Origin: Paraphysomonas bandaiensis | Lineage: Eukaryota > Protista > Chrysophyceae | NCBI GenBank assembly: GCA_965644295.1 | Contig: CBFFRP010000352.1 | Location: 124,001 to 188,000, forward strand | DNA: 64,000 bases | Reading direction: 5' to 3' | Shown: positions 36,205 through 48,979 of the stretch, in pieces | Position numbering within the stretch: position 1 is the stretch's first letter | Layout: every line of letters starts with the position of its first letter | The notes under the pieces: generated by a model | Databases searched by the model: none | Told to the model about the DNA's origin: nothing | The model's input: the letters and a program-made list of their open reading frames with translations, nothing else | Program-made: the position numbers and the translations under genes

Positions 36205-39200
36205 ATGGACGATTTTGACGAATCTCTTCCATCTCATAGTGTGTTCGTTCCTGCATCTGTGCCGAAGGAGCAGCGCGAAGACGATTCTTTTAGGTAAGAG
36301 ACTGCTCTACTCTATCCGCTTATTCTGATCGTATACAGTGACAGATCAAAGCCGCATGATAACGCATATGTGGCTGATAGTCGCACGGATGACCAGCGAG
36401 GGGTTTCCATAGGTAACAAGTGTGTAGAGATAAAGTGGAATGATATGAAGTGTTTTTTAAGGACACAGCCGACAAGAAACGAATACGAAGTCGCCGAAAC
36501 CTGTAACTCCGAAACCTTTTCTCCGGAAGGGAAGGTATGCAGTGTTGTTATGCATTATTATTATTTGAAGCACTCCTATATTGTAGTCGACAAGAACCAT
36601 CTGCATTGATGAGGAAAAATGCTAAACGAACGCAGACATCCAACCTTTCTGAAAGTAAAATACGTAGAAGTCGTGCATCATCAACACAAAGTGGGTCTAT
36701 TTGTGAAGACACATCATTTTCTACGATTCAGTACGGTTGCTCACCAGAGCGACCGACAAGTGCTCGAGAGAAAGGAGCGGGTGATGTCGATATATCTGTG
36801 GTATCATCCACAACATCCGTGCTCGGAGATACTAGCACCATAGAGTTACACCAGAGAGTGATGCAGAAACAACAGCATGCTCGACGGGAGCTAGATGAAT
36901 TTGAAATGATTGAGAGGGATTTGGACCGTATTGAAATTAATCCTCTCATGATGTCCCTTGATACAAAAGGACAGTCTGAAGTACAGACTGGAAATTACGC
37001 CGCTGCCACAACTTCCGTCAGAGATCCAGTGGACAGATATGAGTCATCCGACTCCGGTTATGAAAAGGGAGATTGGCAGGACCAGACTGCGGATTATTAC
37101 ATGTCGGAACCCCCTTTGATGCTACATTCGGAGGAGGTTGATACTGTCCATGAGGACGATGAGTATGGAGTACTTCCTAAGACATCGTCTGAACCAACAG
37201 TTCGACAAAGTAGAGAGCAGTATGACTGGCGGGGATCAGAGGGAAGGAAGAGTTTGGAGTCACTCAATAGAAAAATCAGATTATCCGTGGAATCTGACAC
37301 CGCATTGACCGAGACATCGCAACATCGCAACGCATGTACCACTGACATTCGCAGTACCAGTCCTATGGAAAGTAAGACTACTGAGGCTTCGCATATTATT
37401 CCACAGTACGAAAGCGAGGATGAAGAATCATACAACAACGACAATGAATATCACCCTGAAGACGACAAGAGTGAAGGAAGCCGGGACGCTCTTCCCAATA
37501 GCACAGAGTTCTATGACATGCAACGTACTGATACCAGTGTCGCGGGTGTTATGAGAGCCCGGGCGGACGACGAGAGTAGCGTTGACGACTCTCACAGTTG
37601 GGGTGCTACTGAAAGGGTAGTACAGACTACTCGACCATCTATGATGCCATACAGAGAGGAGGCTGGGAGGTACAACTACACTACCCAGTCTCAGCATTCT
37701 GTGGGGGCCATTGGTGGAGATCGGGGTGCTGAGGACCCGTGGAGTGTAAGAAAATCAGTCGGGAGCGTTCGCCGAGCAGCAAGTGCAGGCAGAGCAGTGC
37801 GTCCTGCTTCTGCAGGTGCAGTTTCATCCAGAAGAAAAAGTTTTGGTAAAAGTGGGGAAGTAAAAGGTAGAGATAGAGTAGGAAATGGAAATAGTTCTCT
37901 CCCTGAAGCAAGTGGACAATCCGTATCGGAGGACCTCAAGCGAAAGGCCAAAGAACTTGAGGATGAAATAAATACGTACAAGTAAGTTTCCTGAACGAAA
38001 GGATCGATGTGTGATGTGTGTTTAGAAAGGAAAATTCTAACCTGAAGAGTGTGCGCAAGCAACAAGAGAATGTTCTTGCCGACATTCAAGAGCAAAGATC
38101 TCAGGTAGTACCTTGTCATCATGTAAACGAGCTGAAAATCATTGGAATTCTAGTTGAAGGCATGGGTGGATGAAGAAAAGCGAAAAACAGAAAAGTGGTG
38201 TGAAGAGATTAAGGAAGCCGCTCTAAAAGAAAAGAGAGCAGCTGCGAAATATGTACGGCACTCTTTGTTTTGAGTCACGAATTTACACATTTATTAGGCA
38301 CGTGATGTGCGCACGAGTACCAGCTCAGGTCTGGGTGGTACAACGAGAAAGGAGCGGGCTGAAATCGAAGCATTAAAAGCAACTGTTGAGAAACTGAAAA
38401 TTGACCATGCCGAAGCAACGAAAAAGTGGAAAACAAATACTACGAGGCAAGAATTAATTGTGTGTGTCCCGGAAATGGCTGTTTTAATTGTAGGAATACA
38501 GGCTACAGAAATTAACAAAGTCTCAGGCTGCAATGATTTCAGACTTGGAGGAGCAGGTGGGTTTTATAATCATTCGCATGCAAGTGGCGCACATGTATCA
38601 TACAATGTATTTTTCAGGTTGCTTCTCTTGAACTGGAAAAGCTGCGACATTGGGAATCTGTTAATAGTGCCAATACCACAAGCAATAAGCAAAGCAGAAA
38701 GGGGCGACGAATCTTGTCTCGAGACGGAACCCCTGAATCATCATACGTTGAGGAAGTAGAGCTTGATAACTCTGCACATATAATTCGGAACTCGAAAATA
38801 TCTACAACTCGATCGATTACCAATAAAGACGGAAGCGTTGTCAGCAGCAGCGTTGAGCACGTTCGTCGTTCGAGCAATCGAGAGGCATTGGACGTTCAGC
38901 TTAGTGAAGAAAGGGCATCAGAGGGATCCCTAGTCGAGTATGGCACCCTTCGAAAGATGAATGTAGCCGGTGGAGTGGATAACGATTTTGTGTGGAACAC
39001 AACTGAAACCGAGTCGAATAATATAACATACGATTCTGGAGAGGACGTGACTGCGGTGACACCAAGCAATAGCCATACTTCGCCGCGGCTACGACCCAGT
39101 GGGGAATTATCTTCCCCCCACAACCGTAGCTATGATCCTAAAAAATACAATCGGTCTCGGGAGGACAATCTTGGGACAAGCAGTGGTAACAGGAAGAGCA

Positions 39201-39905
39201 CAGGCTCGTCCGTGAAAGAGTTAAATATGACTGCTTCTACCACAGTTTTGTCCCCGGGCAGAGTTGAACGTTCGAATGACGCTCCGTTACATGAAAAGCA
39301 TGGTAAATATGTTGTGTTTTATTTATGTTAGTGTAATTTCTATTACGACAGTCAGCGAGCCTTCTCAATCGAATTTGCAACAGTCGGAAAGCTTGAATTC
39401 TGCATATCAAACAGAGCGCGTTGTGAAGTTACCGGATTCTGATGGAAGGAGGAAGTCGAAAGATAAAGATAGAGTGGTTGAAATTACCCCAGAAGGTGTG
39501 AAAATCACGAAGTATAGTAATGGAACAGTGAAAACCGCATTTCCTGATGGTAGCTCAGAAGTGCGTTTCTCCAACGGAGACATTAAGAACCAAGATCCAC
39601 ACGAAGGCATCGTGGTATACTTTTATGCACATGCGAAGACAACACATACCACGTATAAAGATGGGTCTGAGTTGTATGAATTTCCGAATGGCCAGATTGA
39701 GAGGCATTTCGTGAACGGCAGGAAAGTTATTACATTTCCTGATAAAACAATAAAAACTATTGACCCAGATGGGTTTCAGGTATGACAGTATTCTTGTGTC
39801 CAGCCTATCTCACGAATGCTTTTCGTTGTGCAGGAGAGTATTTTCCCAGATGGTGTTATTGTAAAGGAGTATCCCGGAGGAGAGAGACAAATTGTAAAAT
39901 CTTGA
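36205..39905 (+). CDS. CENPJ: Centromere protein J / SAS-4 homolog (TCP10 C-terminal G-box), multi-exon
   Basis: Coiled-coil exons (RKERAEIEALKATVEKLK) and C-terminal repeats YSNGTVK..FPDG..FSNGDIK..YFYAHAKTTHTTYKDG..FPNGQIERHF..ITFPDKTIK..ESIFPDG. Confidence 0.85.
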
Positions 39906-40391
39906 TGTTCATTGAGAATACCAATATTATATACCTAACGCAAGATATTATAGGAATAGTGTATATTTTACATTTTCTGTAGTAAACTGAGAGTGAAAAT
40001 AGAGGGAGTACTTACCTTTGCCTAGGGATAGCTGTGATTTTCACACTTTTACCGTGGTAGTAAGTATGTCGAATGGTACCGCTGCCATGCGTCAGAGTTA
40101 TCTAATAATTATCGCGGGCAGCTCTTGCCAAGGTGGTACTTCGTCATCAAACGTCCACTATTTTAGTGTCTTGCATAAGCGAACTCGCTTATAAATAAAT
40201 ATTGTTCATCTAATATAAGGATGTGATGAGTACTTCATAAAAACATGAACCTTGAATATATAAACTGAAAATGCAGCAGACAATAATGATAGTAGTAACG
40301 TGGAAGCCATATTTAATACTTAAAGTGTAAAATATGCATAAATCTGTGTGTACTCGTAGGCGCTTCGTAGTCTGTATTGGTCTTTTTTAAT

Positions 40392-40427
40392 CTGTGGTAT
40401 ATTATACTACTCATCCGTCAATATTTA
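40392..40427 (-). repeat. 36-bp inverted partner of 34874-34909
   Basis: Exact reverse complement, read directly from the sequence. Confidence 0.85.
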
Positions 40428-40940
40428 TCCTATATCTGTACAGCAATGAAGTACAGAATCTAGGACTGCAACACTAGGAGTAGGAATAAAAATATAGAAA
40501 GAAACTGAAATACATTAACCGTTACAAATGTGGCCTGTAGAGAATATGTTAATGTTGGCGATTGATCAAGGCATTACTTCGATACCACAACCTTACTATC
40601 ACTTATTATAAAATTAAGCGAATTTCAGCGAGTATTGTACTTTACAAAACTCAACTAAGTCACCAATTAACACATACGCAGCAACTCAGCACTACAATCA
40701 TTCATTATATTGTGTACATTCATTATATCTCTTTCTCAAGCTACAATAGTACTATGAGTTAGTGACATGCATCTTCTTGTCCTATTTCCTTTCACTCCAT
40801 CTGTAACTAGCTGAGTCTGTATTATTTTTGTTTACATGTAGCTATGTATATTACTATGCTTTATATCAAAGTGAAAGAGTTCTATGTATATTGCATGCTA
40901 CTTGCGGTTCTCGACAACAATTTAGCCATGACTTGAAAAA

Positions 40941-41588
40941 CTAATCTGCAGAGTATACTTGTATTGGGTGTGGAGTAACCCTCTCTTCTCTGTCAATATA
41001 GTCTACTAACTGATTTAACAAGCTCACTGCAAACACAGCACACATAAATACTATGGCCGCTAACGCAGATTCATAACATGGTCCCACCTCTACTTCTTCA
41101 ATGGTATCGTTGCCTTTAAATGCACTGTGGCATATTCCAAACGAACTATAAGCCGCACCCAAAAATATCACAGTGACGGCTGATAAAATGCTGCACTTTA
41201 TAAAAGGATTAGGAACACATTTAGATGCGAGCGTGATAAGCAATGTTCCACTCGCGAATATCAAACCAAACATCAGAAGGACCGTTACACCAATACTCTG
41301 CCCATTACATTTTTTGCATATGTCGATGTCATCAGCGCAGTCTGTATATTTGATTACGTCCTTGTCGTTCGATTTTGTAACGAAATATATAGCATTGATT
41401 CCGGCATAGTAATCGCCGTGAATATACGACTCTTCTGAACCAGAAGCGAAAATCCAAGGCGTTTCCTCAAGTGTATTCCTTTCCACCGATGCACCACTCA
41501 AACTAACTATAGTCAGAATAATACATAGCACAGACAAGATTGCAGTTGTAAATGTCAGAATAACACTTAATTGAGCATGCGTTATCAT
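40941..41588 (-). CDS. Four-transmembrane protein (claudin/amastin-like topology)
   Basis: 215-aa ORF with four hydrophobic segments and a Cys-containing first loop (W..G..C..C..C). Confidence 0.65.
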   Translation of the reverse strand: MITHAQLSVILTFTTAILSVLCIILTIVSLSGASVERNTLEETPWIFASGSEESYIHGDYYAGINAIYFVTKSNDKDVIKYTDCADDIDICKKCNGQSIGVTVLLMFGLIFASGTLLITLASKCVPNPFIKCSILSAVTVIFLGAAYSSFGICHSAFKGNDTIEEVEVGPCYESALAAIVFMCAVFAVSLLNQLVDYIDREERVTPHPIQVYSAD

Positions 41589-42067
41589 TTCTAACTATCT
41601 TTTCCAGCACCCGTCAAGTGAACATGCTTCTAGCGTTGAGAAATTGCTGAAATATTGAAATATGTATAATCAGAGGTAGGATTGTTCAGGGCCCTATCGG
41701 TTCATTCAGAACGATAAGTAAAGGACAAGAATAGAATAGTACAGTTCAAAGTCCACCCAGCGCATACCATACTATGACTTCTCTGTACATTGTAAGCAGA
41801 ATGGAGCAGTCATGTCGTGTCGTGTGTGTGGTATTGCTATGCGACGACAGCATGAGAGACACTCTCATACCGTTCCGTTACTGTATACTGCAGTGTAGTT
41901 GTGTACTGCTCTATTTGTACGTAGACATGAGGTGAAGGGTGTGTGCAGGTACAACTACAGGTCTACATACTGTACATGTGTGCTGTGTTGTGTATTGATA
42001 GTGGCGTAGAGAGTCACTGCTATCTCATATGGATATCACACCCCAGTAACCTCCCACCATACACAAG

Positions 42068-43129
42068 ATGAGGGGTTCTATATGCCCTGATACATTTGAT
42101 GACGAAGAGAGCATTAAGAAGAAGCGATTGAGGAGTGAGAGATTCAAAGATCATCTGCATGTATGTGATGAGAGTGAGAGGGATGGAGCAGATAACACGC
42201 ACAGCCCCAAGAGATTCAAAGGACTGAGTATTCAACTAGAGCGACCATATCTTCGACTGACATCAGCTCCTGTCCCTTCTGTCATTCGGCCTTTGAAGGT
42301 ATTGAAATTAGCACTAGAGAACGTGAAGCAGAAGTATCTGGAGAATGAGGACTACAGTCATGCGTGTGAGCAGTTGAAAAGTATTCGTCAAGGTTAGTGA
42401 TTGTTAGTAATATCGATCGTCATTATGTGTTGGTGTAGATTTGACTGTTCAGAATATCAATAACAGATTTGCTGCTCATGTATACGAGACTCACGGCCGT
42501 ATAGCCCTGGAGTGCGGGGACCTTGCAGAGTATAACCAATGTCAGTCTCGGCTACAAGAAATGCGACGTCGGGGCATCCCGATATCGTCGTCCGAGTTCG
42601 ATAGCTACAGGGTTCTCCACGCTCTTTATTGTAAAAACAAACTCGAGACGGTTGGAATTCTTCGAGACTTGGCTAGGCGCCGTGAAATCGTAAGTAGATA
42701 CCAATGTGCTTGTAGTACAGCTCATCGATACGATGTTCAGGACAACGAGCACATGGCATTCATGATGTCAATACGACGGTGTCTTGTTGATGGCAACACC
42801 AGTAGATTCTTCAAGCTGTACTCTTCCGCCCCTCTCTTGAGTGGGTATATATTGGACTACATGGTGTCTAGTGTGCGGAAAAATGCTTATGACGCGATGA
42901 TTAAAGCCAATGATACAGTTTCACTTGGGGATATTACAGTGAGTTTTTAATAGTTACTTGTATTTGTTTTAATTTTTCTCACACGATGCATCGACAGAAA
43001 ATTCTTGGGTTTTCTAAAGTGAAGGAGTGTAAAGCATTCCTAAAGGATAAAGGAGCCGTTGTGGCAAGAAATCCGTCCAGTAATTTCCTGCGTGATATGA
43101 CATTAGACTGTAAACTCTCAAGATTGTGA
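42068..43129 (+). CDS. SAC3/GANP/THP3 (LENG8-like) PCI-domain protein
   Basis: ERPYLRLTSAP..IRP, CEQLKSIRQ|DLTVQ, VYETHGRIALE, EYNQCQSRL; short introns. Confidence 0.9.
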
Positions 43130-43747
43130 ACTAGTCCTGTTAGCTCGCTGTAGTACATGTCTGGTTTTTATAGAAACAACTACAAATTGTGATATAAAAC
43201 CTATAGAAAAAGCATTTCCTTGTTGTCGCTCCTGCATTGTAAATTAATAGGCCTATCCTGACTGATGTTATGAGATTTTGCACTCCAGGCACATTTCTAG
43301 GCCATAGCACCTAATCAACGGCAATCTGAACAGTCTGAATGGTGAAGTAGTATTTAATTCATCTAGTGTTTACTGTTAGTACTGGAAGTAGTGATCCCAC
43401 TTAATCATGAATTATATGTTATAACAATATAGGCCATCTAAATTACGTTCAATCCCGCTCGCTGAAGTGCGACGCACACACATACGGATCATTGCAGATA
43501 AGTGAGTGAAGGTTCAAAAACTTCTTTTAATAAACATTTGTGATTTACCTGCACATGTTACGGAGAATATTCAGGCCTATCACACAGAGTATGGCATAGG
43601 CCTATGACACAAAACATTCTCGTAATACTTTCTAATATGACATAAACGCAGGACAAGGGATTTAGATTTTTATATATGATATTACCAGGGCCATCTGGAG
43701 AAGGCCAGAGCAAATTGGCTTGTGACTGATGAAAATGAATTCATTCA

Positions 43748-43918
43748 AGAGCGAAAGTGGTTGCACCTTGGTGCTTGCGGTGACGCACCAGAAGATATCG
43801 TGGCGCCAAATACGTGGGGTATCTGAGTTAGGCACTAGTTAGTTAAATTTCAATGCTACATTAGTTCTGACTCTTATACGCATATTGCTAATAGTAAGAC
43901 ATGATTCATTCACGACTA
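43748..43918 (+). mobile_element. LINE/SINE 3'-tail-only copy
   Basis: AGAGCGAAAGTGGTTGCACCTTGGTGCTTGCGGTGACGCAC..ATTGCTAATAGTAAGACAT matches the SINE and LINE tails. Confidence 0.8.
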
Positions 43919-44539
43919 TTTATGAATTTATGTAGTGCAATATAAATTCATTCGCGCATTCCAATAGTTCTGATGTTTAACAGCTCTAGTTAATCAGCCT
44001 ACAATATTCATTTTTATAAGTACATATAATAAAAGTAGTGACAAAATCTATAGGTGACCAACTACAAAATATTTTCGTTGAGGATAAACTACTCCCGATA
44101 TGTAATATTTAGTAAATAGACTTGAGTGCACAAACCTTATAGGCACAGTTATAGCAAGTGCTCTTCCATGACAGTAATACATATTTAAGTACACAATATA
44201 TAGACATGTACAGTAAATTCACCAATCCATTGAGTGCAGTATAGTTGCAATAACATAGTTATGAGAGAAGAAAGTAACCTTATAGCAACTAGCCAGCTCT
44301 AGTCGTGGCTGTCATGGGTCTCTTCTTGTTCCAGCCCCTGATCTGCAGCATATCTCTGATAGGAAGATGAGAGAACTGGCTCTTTACATATTCTGCCCAA
44401 AGTAAGTTAATTGACTGAAGAATAAAGAATGGAACAAAGAAGGTTCCTGGGGGTTTATATACAGAGTAAGTGTAAGGGGAATATAATTTTTCTTGGAAGT
44501 TTTTAATAAAAATTAAGAAGAGTATTATGATACTTGACA

Positions 44540-44715
44540 ATCCCTCAATAAATTCGTACTCGCATCTTTTCGTGGTGTTCTGGGGAATAAGTACCGGAGA
44601 TATTTTTTCGGGAAACTAATGTGAGCCGCATATATAGTCAGCAGATATCAGATATTATTCAGCCCACTCATAGCCTTATGCTTGTGTGGTACAAGGAACA
44701 CAAATGTTTGACGAA
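44540..44715 (+). mobile_element. SINE-like repeat, copy 5 (5' part)
   Basis: ATCCCTCAATAAATTCGTACTCGCATCTTTTCGTGGTGTTCTGGGG.. aligns to the other copies. Confidence 0.85.
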
Positions 44716-45214
44716 AATTAAGATATGAAATATGACGTATGAATTACATGAAGAAATGTCTCCAGAATCACCATTAATTTTCGATATCTGGCCGTGGTGG
44801 GCTATACACGTGACAGTATAGAATATAGTGCTTAGTAAACAGTGTAATTATTCTGTGATATTAGAGTGTATGAGCAAGCCACATGTAGTTGAATAGTATT
44901 CTGTTGTCATCTGTGGTAAACATCACTGACATTATATGCCTCAAAATAAGAGACGAAAACAACAGTGACAATAATAGGATGTGTATTAAAGCATTTATTT
45001 CCAAAGGGTATTATTGCTCATGCCACATTTTTACGTCTACGTATGACAAACACTTCGATACGAGAGTATGGACGAAGTGCTGAAATAAGTAACATCTAAG
45101 TCAAGGGTGCGTATATCTATATACTTTCCATATATATCTTTCGTATCCTCAGCTAAGAATTCACTGCTGAGCTGCGTATATTCATTCACATCGTGCACTG
45201 CTCTAGTAAATGAT

Positions 45215-48200
45215 CTATCTTCTTGCTGGCAGCAAGTTTAGGGCATTCTCAACAATAGAGTCCTTGCTAATGCCATATGCATCGTACAAATCATCTACAT
45301 CGCCACTTTGACCAAACTTACTTATTCCAAGTGCATGAACTCTACAATAATAGGTACATCAATGATTCGTATCTAGCATAGATGAAATCCCCTACCTGTG
45401 ACCCAAGACAGATCCAACCCACGAAAGTGTGAGAGGGTGACCATCCAATACTGTCAGTATCGCACAATCTTGCGGCAGCTGAGAAAGGAGACTTCGAATA
45501 TGAGAATTACCACTGGCAAGATTTTGTTGGTGGTCCTATGATCGACTCAGTAACTTCCCACTATGGTAAACAGTATACGCACCTTATACAAAACGTCAGG
45601 AGATGTCACATGAAGTAAACTAACAGTCCCATGGGTATCATTGTATTTCTCCTGTATCTCTACAGCTGCTGCAGTGGCTTCCTGTATGCTGCATGAAACC
45701 TAGCTGTCATATTCAGCAATATGCATTGGACATACCGGTGCAATAGCTCCCATGTAAACGATGCATAACTTCGTCAAGGACGACGGAGGTGACCCACTGA
45801 AATACGCACCCCTGATAATATCTTCTCGTAAGGCGCTAGTCATTTCTCGATCAGGCTGATCTAGCGACCGTGTCGAAAGTCTCAAGTAGATACTTCCCCC
45901 CTCACCTGCTGGGGCTTGCATGTATTTCAGTCCCCACGACACGATCACCTGGAGTTCTACACGAAAAAAATTAGATGAAAAGTTATACGATACAGAAGAA
46001 AGGATACCATCGGTGTATGTCGGTTCGAAATATACTAGGCCTGGCTGGGAGAGCCCGACAAGCGGGGTATTGATTGACTGGTGTGCCCCTCCCTCCGGCG
46101 CAAGACTAATCCCCGATGGAGTAGCAACTACCATAAACCTTGAGTCCTATGAAAATACCAAAAATTAAGTTAGAAATACGCAGAGAATACTTAAAAACAC
46201 ATCGGACCTGATAGCATCCATAGATAAGTGCATCAAGACCTCGTAGGATAAAGGGGTCGTACAGAGTGCCAATAGGAAGTACCCTCTGACCGTAAGTATA
46301 TGCACTCATTCCAGCAGCCTAAATTTAAATGTGCAAATTTGAGCTCACATGCATATATATATATATATATATATAAACTCACCGCTAGCATAAGAAATAA
46401 ATTGTGTTCAGCAATGCCCAGCTCAACATGCTGTCCGGCTGGAGATATGGACCACTTGTTCATGGACATAACCTATATATAGGATAGGATATGACCAATA
46501 AGTTTGGAGTGCAATGCTCGCAATATACGCACTTGATTTTTCTTTGAAGTATCTTCTATTGTCTCGAGCCCGAACACACCTCGCTATACGAACATATACA
46601 TATGTCAGGTCAATAGCACATATCACGGCAGCAAGGGCACCAACATTGTTAACAAAGCCTGTGAGATTTGTAGAAGTGGCGACGTCCGGACTGACAGTCA
46701 TAACTCGCGAAGCAAACTCCATAGCACTCTTTCCTATAGCTAACATGATGTGCCCGAATCCTGTCTGTGTCGACACTGCACCCTTCTCCGTGTTTTCGTA
46801 AAACTGGTCTGCGAATAAAATGCACAATTATGAGTAGGGTTGACCAACACTTCTCCATGTCTTACCAGGGATTTCATACACATCTGCAAGGTGTGAGAAA
46901 TCTCGATATCCTTTCTGCGACACCAGAGTTGAGTAAGTAGTCTTGAGCTCATTAAGAGCGGAGCCATGTAACACAGACATGGCGGCCTTCCGATCATCGT
47001 CAGAGAGTCCAGCGGTGGTGCCCCACTCCTCCCCTTCGGGTATACCGTGCACATTCCTGAGGATATCCACTTGCTTCGAGTTCATAAAGAGCCCGTGGTT
47101 ATCCCTGTGTCCTGCCAAAGGAAGCCCATACCCCTTCACTGTGTAGCATATGAAGGCTGTGCGTTGACTGCTCCGGGATGCTTCCAGGAAGGCATCAAGA
47201 AGGGTCTATGAGTGTGTAGAGTTAATTGATTTCATTTGTCACAATGATAGTTCACCTCAAAACAGTGCCCTCCAAGGTTTGTAATTGTTTCAAAAAGTGC
47301 ATCATCGTCGTATTTACTAAGTGTGTCAGCAACTCCCACTTCATTGCCAATGTCTTTCAATATCTGTGCTCGGAAGGCCTTTCCGCCCTTAAACACCAGC
47401 GCGCCGAATAAATCATTATCGCATGTGCGTACCCAACGACGAAGAGCCTGTCCTCCAGGAAGAGAGAAAAGCTGCATTAATTTCTTCCCATATTTAACTG
47501 TAATCACTCGCCATCCTGTGCTCCGAAACCTAGCACATCGAAGAATTCAGTTGAGCAATTACTCCAAGAATACAAGATATGTGGTTGAATACTCAGACAA
47601 AAATGCACGCCCTACATTCTGTCTATTTGACGATAACTAGAATCGTTTGATACTTTATCCAGAGACTGCCTATTATAGTCTACAATCCACCAATTATTCT
47701 GCATATTCAATTTATACGCTTCGACGAGAGCCTCGTATACATTTCCTGATATTTCAATATTATCTACAAGTATTCGGGGCAGAATAGCCACCTTCATCTA
47801 ATTCAGCGTCACCAACCAATGCAATCGTCCGTCCCACACTATCATCTAATTGTTTGGGCGTAATTCCTTTCAGTCGTAGCCAATCCTGTGTATATGCCGA
47901 AAACGTGGTTATCGCGGCACCAAGACCGACACTACCAGTGCTAAAATCAACATCAGTCTGCAGGTATACATCAAAGTAAATATATTACAAACAATATCAA
48001 ATACCTGATCTTTTGTTCTCGATGGGTAACTTTGAATGCCTCCAAATGATCGAAAGCGCTGTAGTTGATCAACGGTCTGATTACCCAGCAGGTACTGAAG
48101 GGAGTGAAATACAGGGCTTGCATGAGGCTTTACGGCAATTCTATCATTTGGACTGATAAATCCGCAATACAGTGCAGTGAGAATTGTCACCATACTAGAA

Positions 48201-48459
48201 GCAGAGGCCTGATGACCACCGACTTTTAGACCGTCCTGTCACACAAGTGAGAATGATGGATAGATACACAGCACAGCACTGCAGCTACCCTCTTTGGCCG
48301 AACAGAGTTAGCATTATGAATCATATACGAGCTCAACCACAGAGATTTCTTCTCTACCGCACGAAGGCCTCGAAGGAACTCATCAGTGGCTGTTTTAGTT
48401 GAGGGGGTGTTGCTCAGGGGACGATAGAGGGGATATCGTATGCACCGGGAGAGCCTCAT
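45215..48459 (-). CDS. Pyruvate dehydrogenase E1, single-chain bacterial AceE/transketolase-like type, multi-exon, probable mitochondrial presequence
   Basis: KVGGHQASSAS, KPHASP, IQSYPSRTKD, DFSTGSVGLG, GDAELDEG..N (ThDP motif), DYNRQSLD, SPDVATSTNL, ELGIAEHN, GTLYDPF, ATPSGISLAPEGGAHQS, YLRLSTR; N-terminus MRLSRCIRYPLYRPLS. Confidence 0.88.
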
Positions 48460-48637
48460 ACGATTGATAACAAACATGGAAACCATACGAGTGCACTGCG
48501 AGGATGGAGGGATAGATCAGTTGCAAGATTGCTGGCAGTAGGAGTATGATTATCTTTCCTGCTAGGGCACAAGAGATGCGCGCGCTGTGTGTATGATACA
48601 TACAGCCGTACATACAGCAGTATATCGTGAGAAAAAT

Positions 48638-48681
48638 AAACCAGTCGATGAACTGGCAGGTGCCAGTTCATCGACTGGTTT
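48638..48681. repeat. Perfect palindrome (21-bp arms, 2-nt spacer) within the left transposon end
   Basis: AAACCAGTCGATGAACTGGCA-GG-TGCCAGTTCATCGACTGGTTT. Confidence 0.95.
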
Positions 48682-48979
48682 GATGATGTTGAAAGGAAAC
48701 GATATACGGGAAATACAGTCAAGTATACAGCAAGTCCACTCGGATACCCAGTGTATGATATCAGCAGACAGCATCTCATAACTATGATCATAAGAGCTCC
48801 TGATTATTAGCCCACAAGATGCTATTCCAGCCTACCAGCCTTCAGTATCAAGATAGATATCTGTATCCCTCTTCAGTGCTACTTCCTTCTTCATGAGAGC
48901 ATGGATAAGACATAAGAATATCTCATTTTTACATGGGAACGGTTGTGACTAGAAGCTATGTATATATCTATCCTGTTTT

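Noticed and set aside
43240-43720. Recurrent AGGCC(T/A) motifs
   Set aside because: Irregular spacing with no termini or TSD found; insufficient to call an element.
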